A DNA stretch of 64,000 nucleotides, taken from positions 40,734 to 104,733 of the forward strand of contig JAHLWS010000038.1 of assembly GCA_019057795.1 (NCBI GenBank). The letters are read 5' to 3'. Made by a program: the position numbers and the translations under genes. The notes under the pieces are model-generated. The model made no database searches. It had not been told where the DNA came from and worked only from the letters and a program-made list of their open reading frames with translations. This stretch comes from Promethearchaeota archaeon. Lineage in GTDB: Archaea; Asgardarchaeota; Lokiarchaeia; Sigyniarchaeales; SOKP01. Within the stretch, counting starts at the first letter, position 1, and every line of letters begins with the position of its first letter. Below are positions 50,605-62,026 of the stretch, piece by piece.

Positions 50605-51084
50605 CTATATTCTTTGGATTTTTGCGTATTTTTTTTCAATAAAATTAGCTATTAGTAAGGAAACTAATGTCGCTAAATTCTCCGCAATTAAAAATGACAT
50701 GATATTGTTTAGGAAAGTATAACATATTCCATATGTACTAAAAAACAGAATAGTAAAAATAGGGAAAGTTATAATTAAAGGTCTCACAATTGGAAAGTGC
50801 AAGAATTTTTGAATTTTCGAAGTCTTTTGTCGCGATTTACTAAATTGACTTTTTAATTTTTTCTTTCTTTCGACTTGAGCAAATGATTCAAAAATAATAA
50901 CTACGCCAAAAAATAAGGCTACTGTTGCTCCAATAGGGATTAGAATTACAACCAGATGATTACCTACGTTTAAAAGGTATTGAGCTACAAATATAAAAAA
51001 TACCTGGAAAAGCCCACAAGCACCGAATAGCATAAAAGCAATCGATATATATTCCTTAGATGACCAGCGAAATTTTATTGGCAT
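50605..51084 (-). CDS. Four-TM membrane protein
   Basis: Four hydrophobic segments and a basic loop. Confidence 0.7.
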   Translation of the reverse strand: MPIKFRWSSKEYISIAFMLFGACGLFQVFFIFVAQYLLNVGNHLVVILIPIGATVALFFGVVIIFESFAQVERKKKLKSQFSKSRQKTSKIQKFLHFPIVRPLIITFPIFTILFFSTYGICYTFLNNIMSFLIAENLATLVSLLIANFIEKKYAKIQRI

Positions 51085-51109
51085 TTTAATCTAATTCTTT
51101 TCTGTGTTT

Positions 51110-51184
51110 TGGTGGGCCAAGGGAGGATTGAACTCCCGACCTTCCGCACGTCAAGCGGACGTCATACGACTAGACCATTGGCCC
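51110..51184 (-). tRNA. tRNA-Val(GAC), CCA encoded
   Basis: Reverse complement GGGCCAATGGTCTAGTCGTATGACGTCCGCTTGACGTGCGGAAGGTCGGGAGTTCAATCCTCCCTTGGCCCACCA. Confidence 0.92.
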
Positions 51185-51648
51185 GTGTTTAATTTCAGTA
51201 TAAAAAATACTAAACTTTGAGATATGTATTTTATATTATTAAAAAATAAATATTTTATTAGTCCACTGGTTTCACAGTGTAAAACATTTATTTTCAATTT
51301 TTTCAACCTACATCTTTAAATCTCAGATCATTTAATAAAATTGTTATAGAAAGCTTCTTTTGTCAAAAGACTATTTCAATGTTCAAAAAACATATCAGGC
51401 TATCAAAACTCCCGATTGACGATTGGTATAATCTTGAGTATCATTCGATATAGGCTAAAAATCGATTCCAATCATACTTAAAAATTGTATAAAATTAAGA
51501 TTTATTAAATATATTTTTTTAACAATAGAATTTTGAATCCTTTTGAATACTGTTACAAAACAAGAATAATTTATATGCATAAATCTTCATTTTTATTGTT
51601 TAATAAGGAAAAATAGTCTTAAAAAAAAGAAAGCATTTGATGTAGAAA

Positions 51649-52758
51649 ATGAAAGTGAATAAAGTAATTACTAATATAGAGCAGTTAACACCAGAGTGGT
51701 TGACGACTATCTTCAAAAATAAAGGCTACCTTAGTAAAGGAAAGGTAGCAAAAATAATTTTGAAACATTCGGAAGTAACTATCACTTCTAATATGCATTT
51801 CTTGAAGTTAAAATTTTCTAATGATGCTCAAACGGAACCATCTATTCCTCATATCGTTGTAAAAACCCCCAAACCTATTGTCAAAAATCTAGGTATACAT
51901 GAAGCAAAATTTTATAGCATCATAGCTGAAACCATGAATCAAGGAACAATTCCGACGTGTTATGATGCGGTGTTTTCTGAAGAATCGGGATGGTCTCATA
52001 TTATCCTTGAAGATTTATCCAAGACATATGTAGAAAATTGGAACTATCCTCCTACAAAACGATATTGTGAAAAAGCGATTGATTGTTTGGCGGAAATACA
52101 TGCTTTTTGGTGGGATCATCCCAAACTAAAAGAACTCTCTAAACACTCATATGTACTTTACACTTTTAAAGAAAATTCTTTTACTGAAGAAGTAATTTTT
52201 AAATGGTTTAAAAATCAAAAAAGGACACTAAGTCGATTTTTAAAATTCTTAGGAGATAGAATAAGTAATAACAGAAAAGAGTTAATTAAATCTGTATTCT
52301 CATTATATCCTCAAGTAGCCTATGAACGAATCAAAAAAGAGAATATAACAGTTATCCATGCTGATGCTCACATAGGGAATTATTTTTTTCCTAATGATAT
52401 GGCAAGTAAAAAATCTAAAGCCATATTATTTGATTGGCAGACGTGGGGTATTGGTGTAGGATGTCAAGATCTAGCATACATGATAGGGCTGTTTTTCTAT
52501 CCTGATTATAGACATTTGATGGAAATAGATCTTATTAAACGCTATCATAACGAACTTTTAAAATTAGGTATAAAAGGCTATAGCTGGGATGATTGTTGGT
52601 ATGATTACAAATTATGGGCTTTATTAAACCTTTACAGAATTATCTGGTGGTGGAGTGTGGGTATGCCTCCTATAGAATGGTATTTAGAAAATATCCTTTG
52701 CACTATAGAAGATTTAAATTGTATGGAGCTTTTAGATAGTAAAAGCTCTAACAACTAA
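51649..52758 (+). CDS. APH/EcKL-like phosphotransferase
   Basis: LTPEWLT, E..FY, LEDL, IHADAHIGN, DWQ. Confidence 0.85.
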   Translation: MKVNKVITNIEQLTPEWLTTIFKNKGYLSKGKVAKIILKHSEVTITSNMHFLKLKFSNDAQTEPSIPHIVVKTPKPIVKNLGIHEAKFYSIIAETMNQGTIPTCYDAVFSEESGWSHIILEDLSKTYVENWNYPPTKRYCEKAIDCLAEIHAFWWDHPKLKELSKHSYVLYTFKENSFTEEVIFKWFKNQKRTLSRFLKFLGDRISNNRKELIKSVFSLYPQVAYERIKKENITVIHADAHIGNYFFPNDMASKKSKAILFDWQTWGIGVGCQDLAYMIGLFFYPDYRHLMEIDLIKRYHNELLKLGIKGYSWDDCWYDYKLWALLNLYRIIWWWSVGMPPIEWYLENILCTIEDLNCMELLDSKSSNN

Positions 52759-53250
52759 CAAATATACTAACAGTTAGCACACGCAAAATACATTACAGAA
52801 TTAAAAGCATAGTTTTAAAAATCGATTTTAATATCATTTTTAGCCAAAATTTCGCATGACAAAAAAAAACAAACTTTTATGAACATCAATAATTTTCATG
52901 TAAATTTATCTGGATTCTAAAAATCTTAAATTATGTGTTGAGATTTCATAGGTTCTGCTATAAAATTTTATAAAATCAAATCAGTTAGTTTTCTAATAGA
53001 GTTAATATAATTCTTTCATTTTATTATATCTATACTTTTAGAAATCAAACACTCCAAAAACAATGAGTTTTGATACTTTTTATTGAAAATAATATAAAAC
53101 CATATTATATCAAAAAGATTTCAAAACAAATATTCATAAAAGTGTGAAAAATGTAAAACGCTTGTAAACTAAAATAAATATTTTATTAGTTTTCTTGTGA
53201 AATTATGTTACATTTAAATTTATTTGAATAATTGTAGATTCAAGAATCAA

Positions 53251-53886
53251 TTAAGGTTTGATTTTCTTTTTTAACTCAATAAGACTTCTTATGTTTAAAT
53301 CAGCTAAATGATTAATTTTCCCATTAGGATTAAAATAGCATGAATTTATGTTAATTTTTCTAGCAGCCTGAATATCAATATCTCGATCACCAATCGAGAG
53401 TATACTTTCTATAGGAATTTTATATTTCTCAATCAGATAAAGAAATGATGTAGGGTTCGGTTTTTTGGGATATCCATGTTCATGTGTTATGATATCTTCA
53501 AAAAGATGTCTCATTTTGTAATATTTTAAAAGTTTATATAATGTTTTTTTTCCTCGATGAGTAACAATAAAATTTTTTCCTCCTTTATTTTTAATAAATT
53601 TAAGAATTTCTATCGCACCAGAAAAAGGTGGTTCTTCACTTTCTTTAGTATTTGAATATTCACGAGTAAATTCTTGTTGAAGTTTTTCTCTATCAATATT
53701 TAACTCTTTTGATATTTGATTAAAACAAGAATAAAGACTATCTTGACACAATTCTTTGACATTGTTAAAATTTAAATCTTTATTATAAATTTTTTTTATC
53801 AGATTTACTATTGTTAAAGCAATTGCGGGATATGTATTAAATAAAGTTCCGTCAAAATCCCAAATAAAATATTCTAGATTTTTCAT
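53251..53886 (-). CDS. HAD-IA hydrolase
   Basis: WDFDGTL, KPNP, IGDRDID. Confidence 0.9.
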   Translation of the reverse strand: MKNLEYFIWDFDGTLFNTYPAIALTIVNLIKKIYNKDLNFNNVKELCQDSLYSCFNQISKELNIDREKLQQEFTREYSNTKESEEPPFSGAIEILKFIKNKGGKNFIVTHRGKKTLYKLLKYYKMRHLFEDIITHEHGYPKKPNPTSFLYLIEKYKIPIESILSIGDRDIDIQAARKININSCYFNPNGKINHLADLNIRSLIELKKKIKP

Positions 53887-53991
53887 CTTAATATGATAAA
53901 ATTGTTGATATTAAGTATTTTTAATTAAATATTAGAGAAGATTTCCTTTTTAAGGTATTAAAATAGTAAAAAAAAATATTTATAAAATATT

Positions 53992-55209
53992 TTATGGTTT
54001 TTTTTCTCTTAAAGCTCTAACCATTGGTACATCCTTTCCAGATAATATTTCTAACAATGCACCTCCGCCAGTAGAAATAAATGAAACATCCTTTGCATAC
54101 CCTGACATTTCTGCTGCAGTTCCCATTTCGCCGCCTCCAATTACGGCAAGCGCACCCCCTATTTTAGCAGCTTCAGCCATTGCTTCAACCATATCAAAGG
54201 TTCCTTTTCTAAACACTTCTTTTTCAAATATTCCTGGTGGACCGTTAGCGATGATAGTTTTAGCTTTAATGATTATACTTTTGAATTCTTCCGTAGTTTT
54301 AGGGCCAATATCACCAGTTACGGCATTATATTTCTTTAATTCGTCGATATTAATTGCTTTTCTGTTGCCATTATCGTCAATTACCAAGTCTTTTGGTAAA
54401 ATTATCTTATCTTTGAATTTTTCGTAAGTTTCCTTGATGTCCTCTTTTGCTTTTTCTAAATCTTTTGCTATTGCCGCCTTATTAGGTTCCCCAGTTTCGA
54501 TTCCTATAGCTTCCATAATTAAAATTGCCGTTAAACCGGAGCAAAGTGCGTAATCAAGTTTGTCGTTTTCAAAATTAAATTTCATAGCTTTAAATTTATC
54601 TATTGCTTTCGCCCCTCCAATAAGCATGACCATAGGTTTTTCGGGGTTTTCTATTATTTTACTCATGTAATTAAATTCTTTAACTGTCGTAGGACCTGCA
54701 AGTAAGGTAGGCCATCCAATTATCGAAGGTTGTGCTCTATGGGCCGCACCAAACGCATCTGCGATGAAATAATCGAATAATGGCGCAAGAGTTTGAATCA
54801 TTTCTAATTCTTCAGCTTCGGAGAAATCTTTAAACTGTTTAGTTTCAAGTTCCCAGGTTCGCACATTATTAAGTACTAGAACTTCGCCTATTTTGAGATC
54901 TTTTATTGCATGAATTGCCTTTTCTCCAAAAACATCTTCTACATATATTACAGGACGATCTAATAGTTTTCGTATTTCTTTGGCATGCATTTCCAAAGAA
55001 GTAAAATCTTTTGCTCCTGGGCGAGATTGGTGAGCCATAATTACTACAGCACTATCTTTTAATTCTTCTAATGACGGAATTAAAGCATGAATACGAGGTG
55101 ATTCGCGAATTCTATTGTTTTCAATGTCGATATTAGAGTTGATATCGACTCTCATCAAAACTTTTTTTCCTTTTAAATCAACATCTTTATACGATTTATA
55201 ATCAAACAT
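53992..55209 (-). CDS. pgk: Phosphoglycerate kinase
   Basis: RVDIN, HQSRP, DAFGAAHR, GGAK, DIGP, NGPPG.FE, STGGGA. Confidence 0.95.
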   Translation of the reverse strand: MFDYKSYKDVDLKGKKVLMRVDINSNIDIENNRIRESPRIHALIPSLEELKDSAVVIMAHQSRPGAKDFTSLEMHAKEIRKLLDRPVIYVEDVFGEKAIHAIKDLKIGEVLVLNNVRTWELETKQFKDFSEAEELEMIQTLAPLFDYFIADAFGAAHRAQPSIIGWPTLLAGPTTVKEFNYMSKIIENPEKPMVMLIGGAKAIDKFKAMKFNFENDKLDYALCSGLTAILIMEAIGIETGEPNKAAIAKDLEKAKEDIKETYEKFKDKIILPKDLVIDDNGNRKAINIDELKKYNAVTGDIGPKTTEEFKSIIIKAKTIIANGPPGIFEKEVFRKGTFDMVEAMAEAAKIGGALAVIGGGEMGTAAEMSGYAKDVSFISTGGGALLEILSGKDVPMVRALREKKP

Positions 55210-55444
55210 TTAAAACCACTTTTAATGGATATAATAATAGTATTGATTAATATCAAAAAAAGTTTGATTAGTTAATATTGTTTTTTAAAAACAAAATTTT
55301 TTATTATACTTAAATAAAATCATCGTAATGAAATATTGAAACAAATCCATTGGAGCTATGTTTTTAAATTTATTAAGACCAAAAGATTCTATTTATAATA
55401 TAAATTATTATGAACTGAAAGTTTGAAATGTTTTTAATTGGTGA

Positions 55445-56230
55445 TTGAGTGTGGATGAGATTAGAGAAATTTTAAATAAACTGCTTGATAAGAAGTGTTC
55501 TATTGAAGAGGCAGAAATAATGTTGAAGGCTAACACTATTGAAGAAGTTGGAGATTTGGCTAAATTAGATGTCTTCAGAAGCTTACGCACTGGCGTTGTT
55601 GAGGTTATTTATGCGGAGAACAAAACACCTCAAATGATTATAGAAATAATTTATACATTTTTAAAGAAAAATAAATTTGCTATTGTATCAAGGTATAAAG
55701 ATGAACAAAGGGTTTTAATTTCTAAAGAATTTGGTGTTAAAGAAGAATTATCGTTAGTTTTTAACGAATTAGCTAAAATTGTAATAGTAAAAGAAAAAGA
55801 TTTCAAATTTAAGAAGAAGGGTGGAAGAATTGGCATAATTTCAGCTGGAAGTTCAGATATCCCTATTGCTGAGGAAGCCAAAGTAATTGCAGAATCAATG
55901 GGATGTGAAATGTTTACTAGTTACGATTTAGGAATTGCTGGCATTCATCGTCTATTTAAACCTCTCAGTGAAATGATTAAAGAAGACATTCATGTAGTAA
56001 TTGTATGCGCAGGGATGGAAGGAACCTTACCTGGAATTGTTGCAGCTCTCGTTGACATTCCTGTAATAGGAGTTCCCATATCTAGTGGATATGGATTAGG
56101 GGAAAAAGGTATTGGTGCTTTAACAACGATGCTTCAGTCGTGCTCACCAGGATTATTAGTAGTCAACATTGACAATGGGTTTGGAGCAGGAGCTTCTGCA
56201 GCTTTAATAGCTAATAAAATCGCAAAATAG
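55445..56230 (+). CDS. larB: Nickel pincer cofactor biosynthesis protein LarB
   Basis: R.G..EVI, AGSSD..AEEA, D.G.AGIHR, AGMEG.LP, VVNIDNGFGA. Confidence 0.92.
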   Translation: MSVDEIREILNKLLDKKCSIEEAEIMLKANTIEEVGDLAKLDVFRSLRTGVVEVIYAENKTPQMIIEIIYTFLKKNKFAIVSRYKDEQRVLISKEFGVKEELSLVFNELAKIVIVKEKDFKFKKKGGRIGIISAGSSDIPIAEEAKVIAESMGCEMFTSYDLGIAGIHRLFKPLSEMIKEDIHVVIVCAGMEGTLPGIVAALVDIPVIGVPISSGYGLGEKGIGALTTMLQSCSPGLLVVNIDNGFGAGASAALIANKIAK

Positions 56231-56319
56231 ATTTTTCATTTAAGAATTTCTTCTTACTACCGGCAAAAGATTAGTAATTTTGTATATTTTTAATAACAAG
56301 TTAATTTAAAATTATTATT

Positions 56320-56961
56320 ATGAATTTAATTAAAGATTTATCAAACGCAGTCATAGAAGGAAATTCAGAGTTAGCCGTATCAATCGCAAAAAACATAATT
56401 TCCCAAGGTGTAGATATTAACGACGCGATTTTTAAGGGGTTAAACGAAGGGATGAGATTAGTAAGCGACCTTTACGCTAAACGAGAATACTTTTTACCTG
56501 AAATTATTATTTCTGCTGATGCTTTATACGAAGCTTTGGAAGTTTTCAAACCACATCTAGAGCTTACAAATACAAAAAGTAAAGCAATTGTCGTAATTGG
56601 CGTCGTACGTGGCGATGTGCACGATATAGGCAAGAATTTAACTAAACTTTTTTTAGAAGCCTCTGGATATAAAGTTATAGATTGCGGAAGGAATGTACAA
56701 CCAGATATCTTTATTAAAACAATTAAAGAAAACAACGCAGATGTATTAGCTTTATCTACTTTAATGAACCCAACGTTAGAGAGTATTACCAATTTAATCG
56801 AGCTATTAAAAGAAGAAAATCTAAAAGAAAAGTTAAAAATAATTATTGGAGGTGCTGCTACGAGCGAACAATTTGCTCGAAAGATCGGAGTAATACATTG
56901 TGACGATGCTTCAAAAGCGGCTAAAATATTAGATGAACTAATATTGGAGGAAAAGAGCTAA
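56320..56961 (+). CDS. Methyltransferase corrinoid protein (MtaC/MtbC-like)
   Basis: GDVHDIGKN B12-binding motif, IIGGA. Confidence 0.9.
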   Translation: MNLIKDLSNAVIEGNSELAVSIAKNIISQGVDINDAIFKGLNEGMRLVSDLYAKREYFLPEIIISADALYEALEVFKPHLELTNTKSKAIVVIGVVRGDVHDIGKNLTKLFLEASGYKVIDCGRNVQPDIFIKTIKENNADVLALSTLMNPTLESITNLIELLKEENLKEKLKIIIGGAATSEQFARKIGVIHCDDASKAAKILDELILEEKS

Positions 56962-58007
56962 TGGAACTAATTGACACTGATTATTTTCGGGGGATACTAG
57001 GAAAATCAGGAACTAGCGTCCCTTCGTTTCCAATTATATTAGGATACTCTATATGGGCATATCACAAGCATACAGGAATACCCGCCTATGAGATAATGAA
57101 AGATGGTAAAAAACACGCCGCTGCTCAATTGCACGTTGCTAAAGAATTTAATTTGCCTTTTGTTATGGGTTTTTCTGATTTAAATGTAGTTGGTGAAGCC
57201 TTAGGTGCGACTTTAACTTACATGCCCGATGTAATACCCATGCACGAAATCGCAGCGGTTAAAACCGCAGAAGACATCGAAGCTTTAGAAACGGCAGATC
57301 CTCACAAAGACGGTAGAATGCCAGTAATCGTTGAAACTTGCAGAACCTACATTAAAAAATTTAAAAACTCAGAAAACATTATCGGTGCTGGAGTTGAAGG
57401 ACCAATTACCGCCGCAGGTTCAGTGTGGGGTATGGAAAACTTAATGAGAAATATGATCAATAACCCAGAACTCGTTCACAAAATTTTAGAGGTAACGACA
57501 GATTCAATTATCGATTTTTTAAACGAACAAATGGAAACAGGTGCTGATTTAGCTGTGTTATCTGATCCAAGCGCTTCGTGTACTTGCATATCCCCTCAAT
57601 TTTTTCAAGAGTTTGCTTTTCCCTATTATAAAAAAATTTCCAGAAAAGTAAATACTGTTGCGTTTTTGGTACATATATGTGGAGAAGTTTATAACATATT
57701 AAAACCTCTTACGAGAGTCCCTAAAATACTAGTAATTAGCGTTGATATGGTAGATTTAAAAAAAGCGAAAGAAGCTTTAGGAAAGAAATTCGTAATACTT
57801 ATGGGTAATGTCTCTACAGCAACCATGCTATATGGAACAGCTCAACAGGTCGAAGAAGAAGCGAAAATGTGTATTAAGGCGGCTGCAGAAGGGGGTAAAT
57901 TTATGCTTAGTACTGCTTGCGATATCGCTCCAGGAACTCCATCATCAAATATTAAAGCATTAATAAATGCCGGTTCAAAATATGGAACGTATCCATTAAA
58001 ATTTTAA
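56961..58007 (+). CDS. URO-D-superfamily methylcobamide methyltransferase (MtaA/CmuA-like)
   Basis: DP.KDGR.P, GP.T, HICG, LMGN, STACD. Confidence 0.85.
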   Translation: MELIDTDYFRGILGKSGTSVPSFPIILGYSIWAYHKHTGIPAYEIMKDGKKHAAAQLHVAKEFNLPFVMGFSDLNVVGEALGATLTYMPDVIPMHEIAAVKTAEDIEALETADPHKDGRMPVIVETCRTYIKKFKNSENIIGAGVEGPITAAGSVWGMENLMRNMINNPELVHKILEVTTDSIIDFLNEQMETGADLAVLSDPSASCTCISPQFFQEFAFPYYKKISRKVNTVAFLVHICGEVYNILKPLTRVPKILVISVDMVDLKKAKEALGKKFVILMGNVSTATMLYGTAQQVEEEAKMCIKAAAEGGKFMLSTACDIAPGTPSSNIKALINAGSKYGTYPLKF

Positions 58008-58163
58008 ATATAGAAATTTAATTTTATTTTTTATTATACGAATTCCTTAAAAAATTAAGAAAGATCAGTTCTTAACGAAAAAAGTATATATATATCAAAA
58101 ATAAAGATTTTGCATAACTAAAATAAAAATTTAAAAAATTATAATAAAAAAAAGTGTATTAAG

Positions 58164-58826
58164 ATGACACCTACAGACGCTTCTCTTGAAGCTTTGTCAA
58201 AATTAAGACAGTTAAATCCCGAAACTGGATGGTATATAATCCCGATTTTAGCAATAGTTCTATATATTTATGGCGTTGAAATTAAAAATGCGAGAGAAAC
58301 GAAAAACTGGAACACAATATTTGCTGGCTTGACTGTATTAGGCTTAGATTTAATTAACGAGATTTGGAACGCTTTAGTTTTTGCTTTTACTAATTATTCT
58401 GCATTTTGGACTACGCCAAGTGCAAGTGCCTATATTATTTTAATAGGTTGGAACTTAGAAATCGCTTTTATGTTTTCTATAGCAGGCATAACCTTTGCTA
58501 AATTTTTACCTGATGATAAAAACAAGAAGATCCTAGGACTTCCTAATCGATGGGCTATGGCTATTGGATTTTCATTATTTTGTGTAGCTGTCGAGATCTT
58601 TCTAAATTGGGGAAATTACTTAATTTGGGAATATGTCTGGTGGAATTGGTATAATCCCGTTTTAATTTTCTTAATTGGATATTTCCATTTCTTCGTTGGC
58701 GCTTTTTACGTCTACGATCTACCAGAATTAAAGGATAAGATTAAAGTAGTTGGGATTATTTATGGAGTTGGCATAATACTTTTATGCATTTTCGGACCAT
58801 TACTCGGACCATTAGGAATATTTTAA
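58164..58826 (+). CDS. Conserved six-TM membrane protein
   Basis: W/aromatic-rich TM segments; NEIWN, GWNLEI. Confidence 0.75.
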   Translation: MTPTDASLEALSKLRQLNPETGWYIIPILAIVLYIYGVEIKNARETKNWNTIFAGLTVLGLDLINEIWNALVFAFTNYSAFWTTPSASAYIILIGWNLEIAFMFSIAGITFAKFLPDDKNKKILGLPNRWAMAIGFSLFCVAVEIFLNWGNYLIWEYVWWNWYNPVLIFLIGYFHFFVGAFYVYDLPELKDKIKVVGIIYGVGIILLCIFGPLLGPLGIF

Positions 58827-59191
58827 TGAGTTTAATAAACATATTTTTTTTTTAATAGAAAATTGTAGATGTTTTAACAATTAATTCAAACGCAATTACT
58901 CAATCTTTTATTTACTATCCTTATTTATTTATATAGACATCTATTTGAACAATTTTTTAATGAGTGTATCGAATATCATTAAATTAGTTTTTTACCCAAA
59001 TCAATTACCAAAATCGAGTGTTATCCAAATTGAGATTGTTAAAACTCTATTAGTTTTTTAATATTCTTACATCTTTTTCTTCGAACCTAAAGATATATAT
59101 AGATAGTGAAATATAATTAATATTGAAATTACTAATTCTTAAAAATCTAAAAAAAAAAATAAAAAAAATTACAATGTAGTTGAGACTTTAA

Positions 59192-59725
59192 ATGGTCGCA
59201 ACAACCGAAAATTTTCAGAAGTCTAAAGAATTTTTTGAAAGTGGTGATATCATTAATACTTTAATAAGTTTCAATGAAGCCATTGAGCATTACGACAGCG
59301 CGAAAGGCAATAGAAAGAAAGAATTAATTCAATTTTTGAATGATCTTTTACAATATTGCCAGGATAATAATCTGCAAAACGAAGAAGCTATGGTTATAAG
59401 GACTTTAGGAAGAACACATACTAAGTTTAGAGACTATGTAAAAGGTTTAAAATATTCGTATCAAGCATTAAAAATTCAAAAGAAGTTAGGAAAGAAGTTA
59501 GATGTAGCCGAAAGTTTAGTATTTTTGGCTGAGGACCTTGAAGTTTCTGGAAACTATGAAGAAGTTATAAAAACATTTAATGAGGCTGCGGAGATTTTCC
59601 ATGAATTAGGGGAACTAGAGAAGGAAGACGCTATGAAAATAGAAATCGAACGCTTAAAAGACTTTTCTAAGCAAATGGTTGAAGATGAGTATTTCTTAAA
59701 CAAATACCAAGTAGATAAATATTAA
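59192..59725 (+). CDS. TPR-repeat protein
   Basis: Helical repeats LG..H....Y..GL..Y.AL.I...LG. Confidence 0.75.
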   Translation: MVATTENFQKSKEFFESGDIINTLISFNEAIEHYDSAKGNRKKELIQFLNDLLQYCQDNNLQNEEAMVIRTLGRTHTKFRDYVKGLKYSYQALKIQKKLGKKLDVAESLVFLAEDLEVSGNYEEVIKTFNEAAEIFHELGELEKEDAMKIEIERLKDFSKQMVEDEYFLNKYQVDKY

Positions 59726-59802
59726 AATAAGAATGGTATAGCCATTTAAATAAAAAATTATTTTTTTTTCTTTATTATTTATTATTTTATTTTTACTAAT
59801 TA

Positions 59803-61101
59803 CTAATTATTTCGTTTTTTACTGCTTTCAAAATGCTTTTTTATCTCAGATTGACAATAAAATAATATTTCTTTGATTGATAAAGTACTTTCTTTACTAA
59901 TTCTCTTCAGATCTTCAAATTCAGGTTTTACATTAATTACATTGATTTCTTCATTCATTTTAACGTAAGATATTTTAAAATTTAACTCGTAAGTTTTACT
60001 ATTTATATCAATTTTACTCTTTTCAAATTTACGATCAACGCATACTCGCTTAATTGTATAAAACCTTATACCTAATGTGCCTAATTCGTTAATTATTTTA
60101 TCCATTATCTCAAACCTGTTTTGAGGATGACATAATATTTTAATAACGTGACTAGGTCTATTTTTTTTAGTTACACTCGGAAAAACTTGAATATCAAGTA
60201 TTTTTTCATTTTCCATAATATTGATGAAGTTTCCTAGCATCTCTCCTGATACATCATCAACATCCGTTTCTAAAACAGATATATCTTCAACATATTTTTG
60301 TAATGGGTGCATATTTGGGGTGCTAATTGTCTCTTCGCTCTCGCCATATATTAACCGAAGAACATTTGAGAAGTTTTTAAACTCTTTTTGCCCAGTACTA
60401 TATGTTACTCTTAATATTTTCATCTGGTTCGTAAATCGAGCAAATTTTGGATTTAAATTAACCAAAAGCGCAGCACCAGTAGGAGTTACGAGTTCATTTT
60501 CGATGGGACCCCCGAATACTACTAGTTCGGAGAGTTCAAAAATTTTAGCTGTTGCTGGAGCTGGTATAGGCAAAATTCCGTGTGCAGTTTTTATACTACC
60601 CCCTCCAAGCGGAACCTTACCATAATAATATACAAAACTTTCGTTAAAACCACCTAATTTATCTAATGCTTTAGTTACTCCTAAAATATCAATTAAAGTG
60701 TCTACAGAGCTTAATTCGTGTAAATGAATATTTTCAACTAAATCTCCGTGAACTTCTGCTTCTGCTTCGAATAATGTGTTTAATACTTTTTTAGCGTATA
60801 TTTTTGCTGGCTCAGAGAAGCTTTTTTCAAGTAGAAATCGTTCCAATGCGTTGTAAAGTGCATCAGAGGTTCTATGGTTTTTAGATTCTTTGATAGCTAA
60901 TTTAAGTTGATTAACATCGACTCCCATTCGTTTAACTTTTGTTAGTTCCAGTTCGATATGGGAAACTCCTTTTAGAAAGTGCTTTAATTCTTTTAAATCA
61001 GCTATAATTTCGTTTGAATCGGATACTAAGCTTAATAGGGATGCCAAGAACATATCTCCCGAGATTCCTGAATTTGCTGTATCAATATATAAAGATTTCA
61101 T
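59803..61101 (-). CDS. larC: Nickel insertion protein LarC
   Basis: GISGDM, H.HE..DT..D, AHG.LP.PAPAT, ELVTPTGAA, ETDVDD, KPEFED. Confidence 0.93.
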   Translation of the reverse strand: MKSLYIDTANSGISGDMFLASLLSLVSDSNEIIADLKELKHFLKGVSHIELELTKVKRMGVDVNQLKLAIKESKNHRTSDALYNALERFLLEKSFSEPAKIYAKKVLNTLFEAEAEVHGDLVENIHLHELSSVDTLIDILGVTKALDKLGGFNESFVYYYGKVPLGGGSIKTAHGILPIPAPATAKIFELSELVVFGGPIENELVTPTGAALLVNLNPKFARFTNQMKILRVTYSTGQKEFKNFSNVLRLIYGESEETISTPNMHPLQKYVEDISVLETDVDDVSGEMLGNFINIMENEKILDIQVFPSVTKKNRPSHVIKILCHPQNRFEIMDKIINELGTLGIRFYTIKRVCVDRKFEKSKIDINSKTYELNFKISYVKMNEEINVINVKPEFEDLKRISKESTLSIKEILFYCQSEIKKHFESSKKRNN

Positions 61102-61262
61102 TTCATGTTTTCTCTTACTTTTAAAAGTAGGTAAATTTAAATCTAATATTTTAAAAATATTTACTATACTAAAAATAATAAACCGTCATTATTTTATAAT
61201 AAATTGTAATCAATTTCAATTTAATAATTATAAATTTAAGAATAAATTTTTATTATTTAATT

Positions 61263-61997
61263 ATGAGTGAACTTCAAACTATAAAGTGTTACTTAAATCA
61301 GTTACCAGCAACACTTCTAAAATTATTAGGAATTGCTCCTCCGCTCGGTACTATTCCAGGACCTGTCCAATCTGTTATCGATCTCTATCAAGGTGTTGAA
61401 AGGATCAGTATAAACATCATTGATAATTTTGGCTTATTCGAACTCACATATCATAAACCACAATTTATGATTACTAATTCTCAAGCGATGTTACTTCTAT
61501 CTACTAAAAATCCTTACACTTTAGGTGTTTTACATCAAATTATGTACGGTGGTTTTGATCCTGAACCCAACGGTTTTCATTTGTTAAGATATCTAAATGA
61601 GCACGGAAAAAAGACTTGTTTTGTCGGAAGAAAAAAAGATATAGAAAGGTACGATGGTGGGACTCATTCAGTCGCAAAAGAAACTGACATGAGTACATGG
61701 GTGGAATCTGCAAAAATAATTAATAATTTTGAGCTTTCTTGGATGCATTATTTGGATTTTGAAAACCTCCATAAACAACAACAAGCACTTAAACAAAGAA
61801 CTCCTGAGGATTTAATTGATAAACTGATTTTGCGTACTGATAAGTGGATTTTAGGCAATTACAAACAGCTTAGAAATAATTCCTTGATGATAATCTTAGG
61901 AGATCATGGTAGAGTGAAACTAAATTTGGAATACTCTGGTAAAATTGCCCAATGGCGAGAGGCAAGCGTTCCAATAGCCATTTTAATAAAAAAATAA
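61263..61997 (+). CDS. Alkaline-phosphatase-superfamily (PglZ/NPP-like) protein
   Basis: IIDNFG and ILGDHG metal motifs; other ligands appear degenerate. Confidence 0.6.
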   Translation: MSELQTIKCYLNQLPATLLKLLGIAPPLGTIPGPVQSVIDLYQGVERISINIIDNFGLFELTYHKPQFMITNSQAMLLLSTKNPYTLGVLHQIMYGGFDPEPNGFHLLRYLNEHGKKTCFVGRKKDIERYDGGTHSVAKETDMSTWVESAKIINNFELSWMHYLDFENLHKQQQALKQRTPEDLIDKLILRTDKWILGNYKQLRNNSLMIILGDHGRVKLNLEYSGKIAQWREASVPIAILIKK

Positions 61998-62026
61998 TTT
62001 TTTACTATTAAAAAAAAAGATTAAAG

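Noticed and set aside
51185-53250. Island integrated at tRNA-Val around the phosphotransferase
   Set aside because: Long AT-rich flanks suggest accessory DNA, but the tract lies 5' of the tRNA and no att duplicate was found
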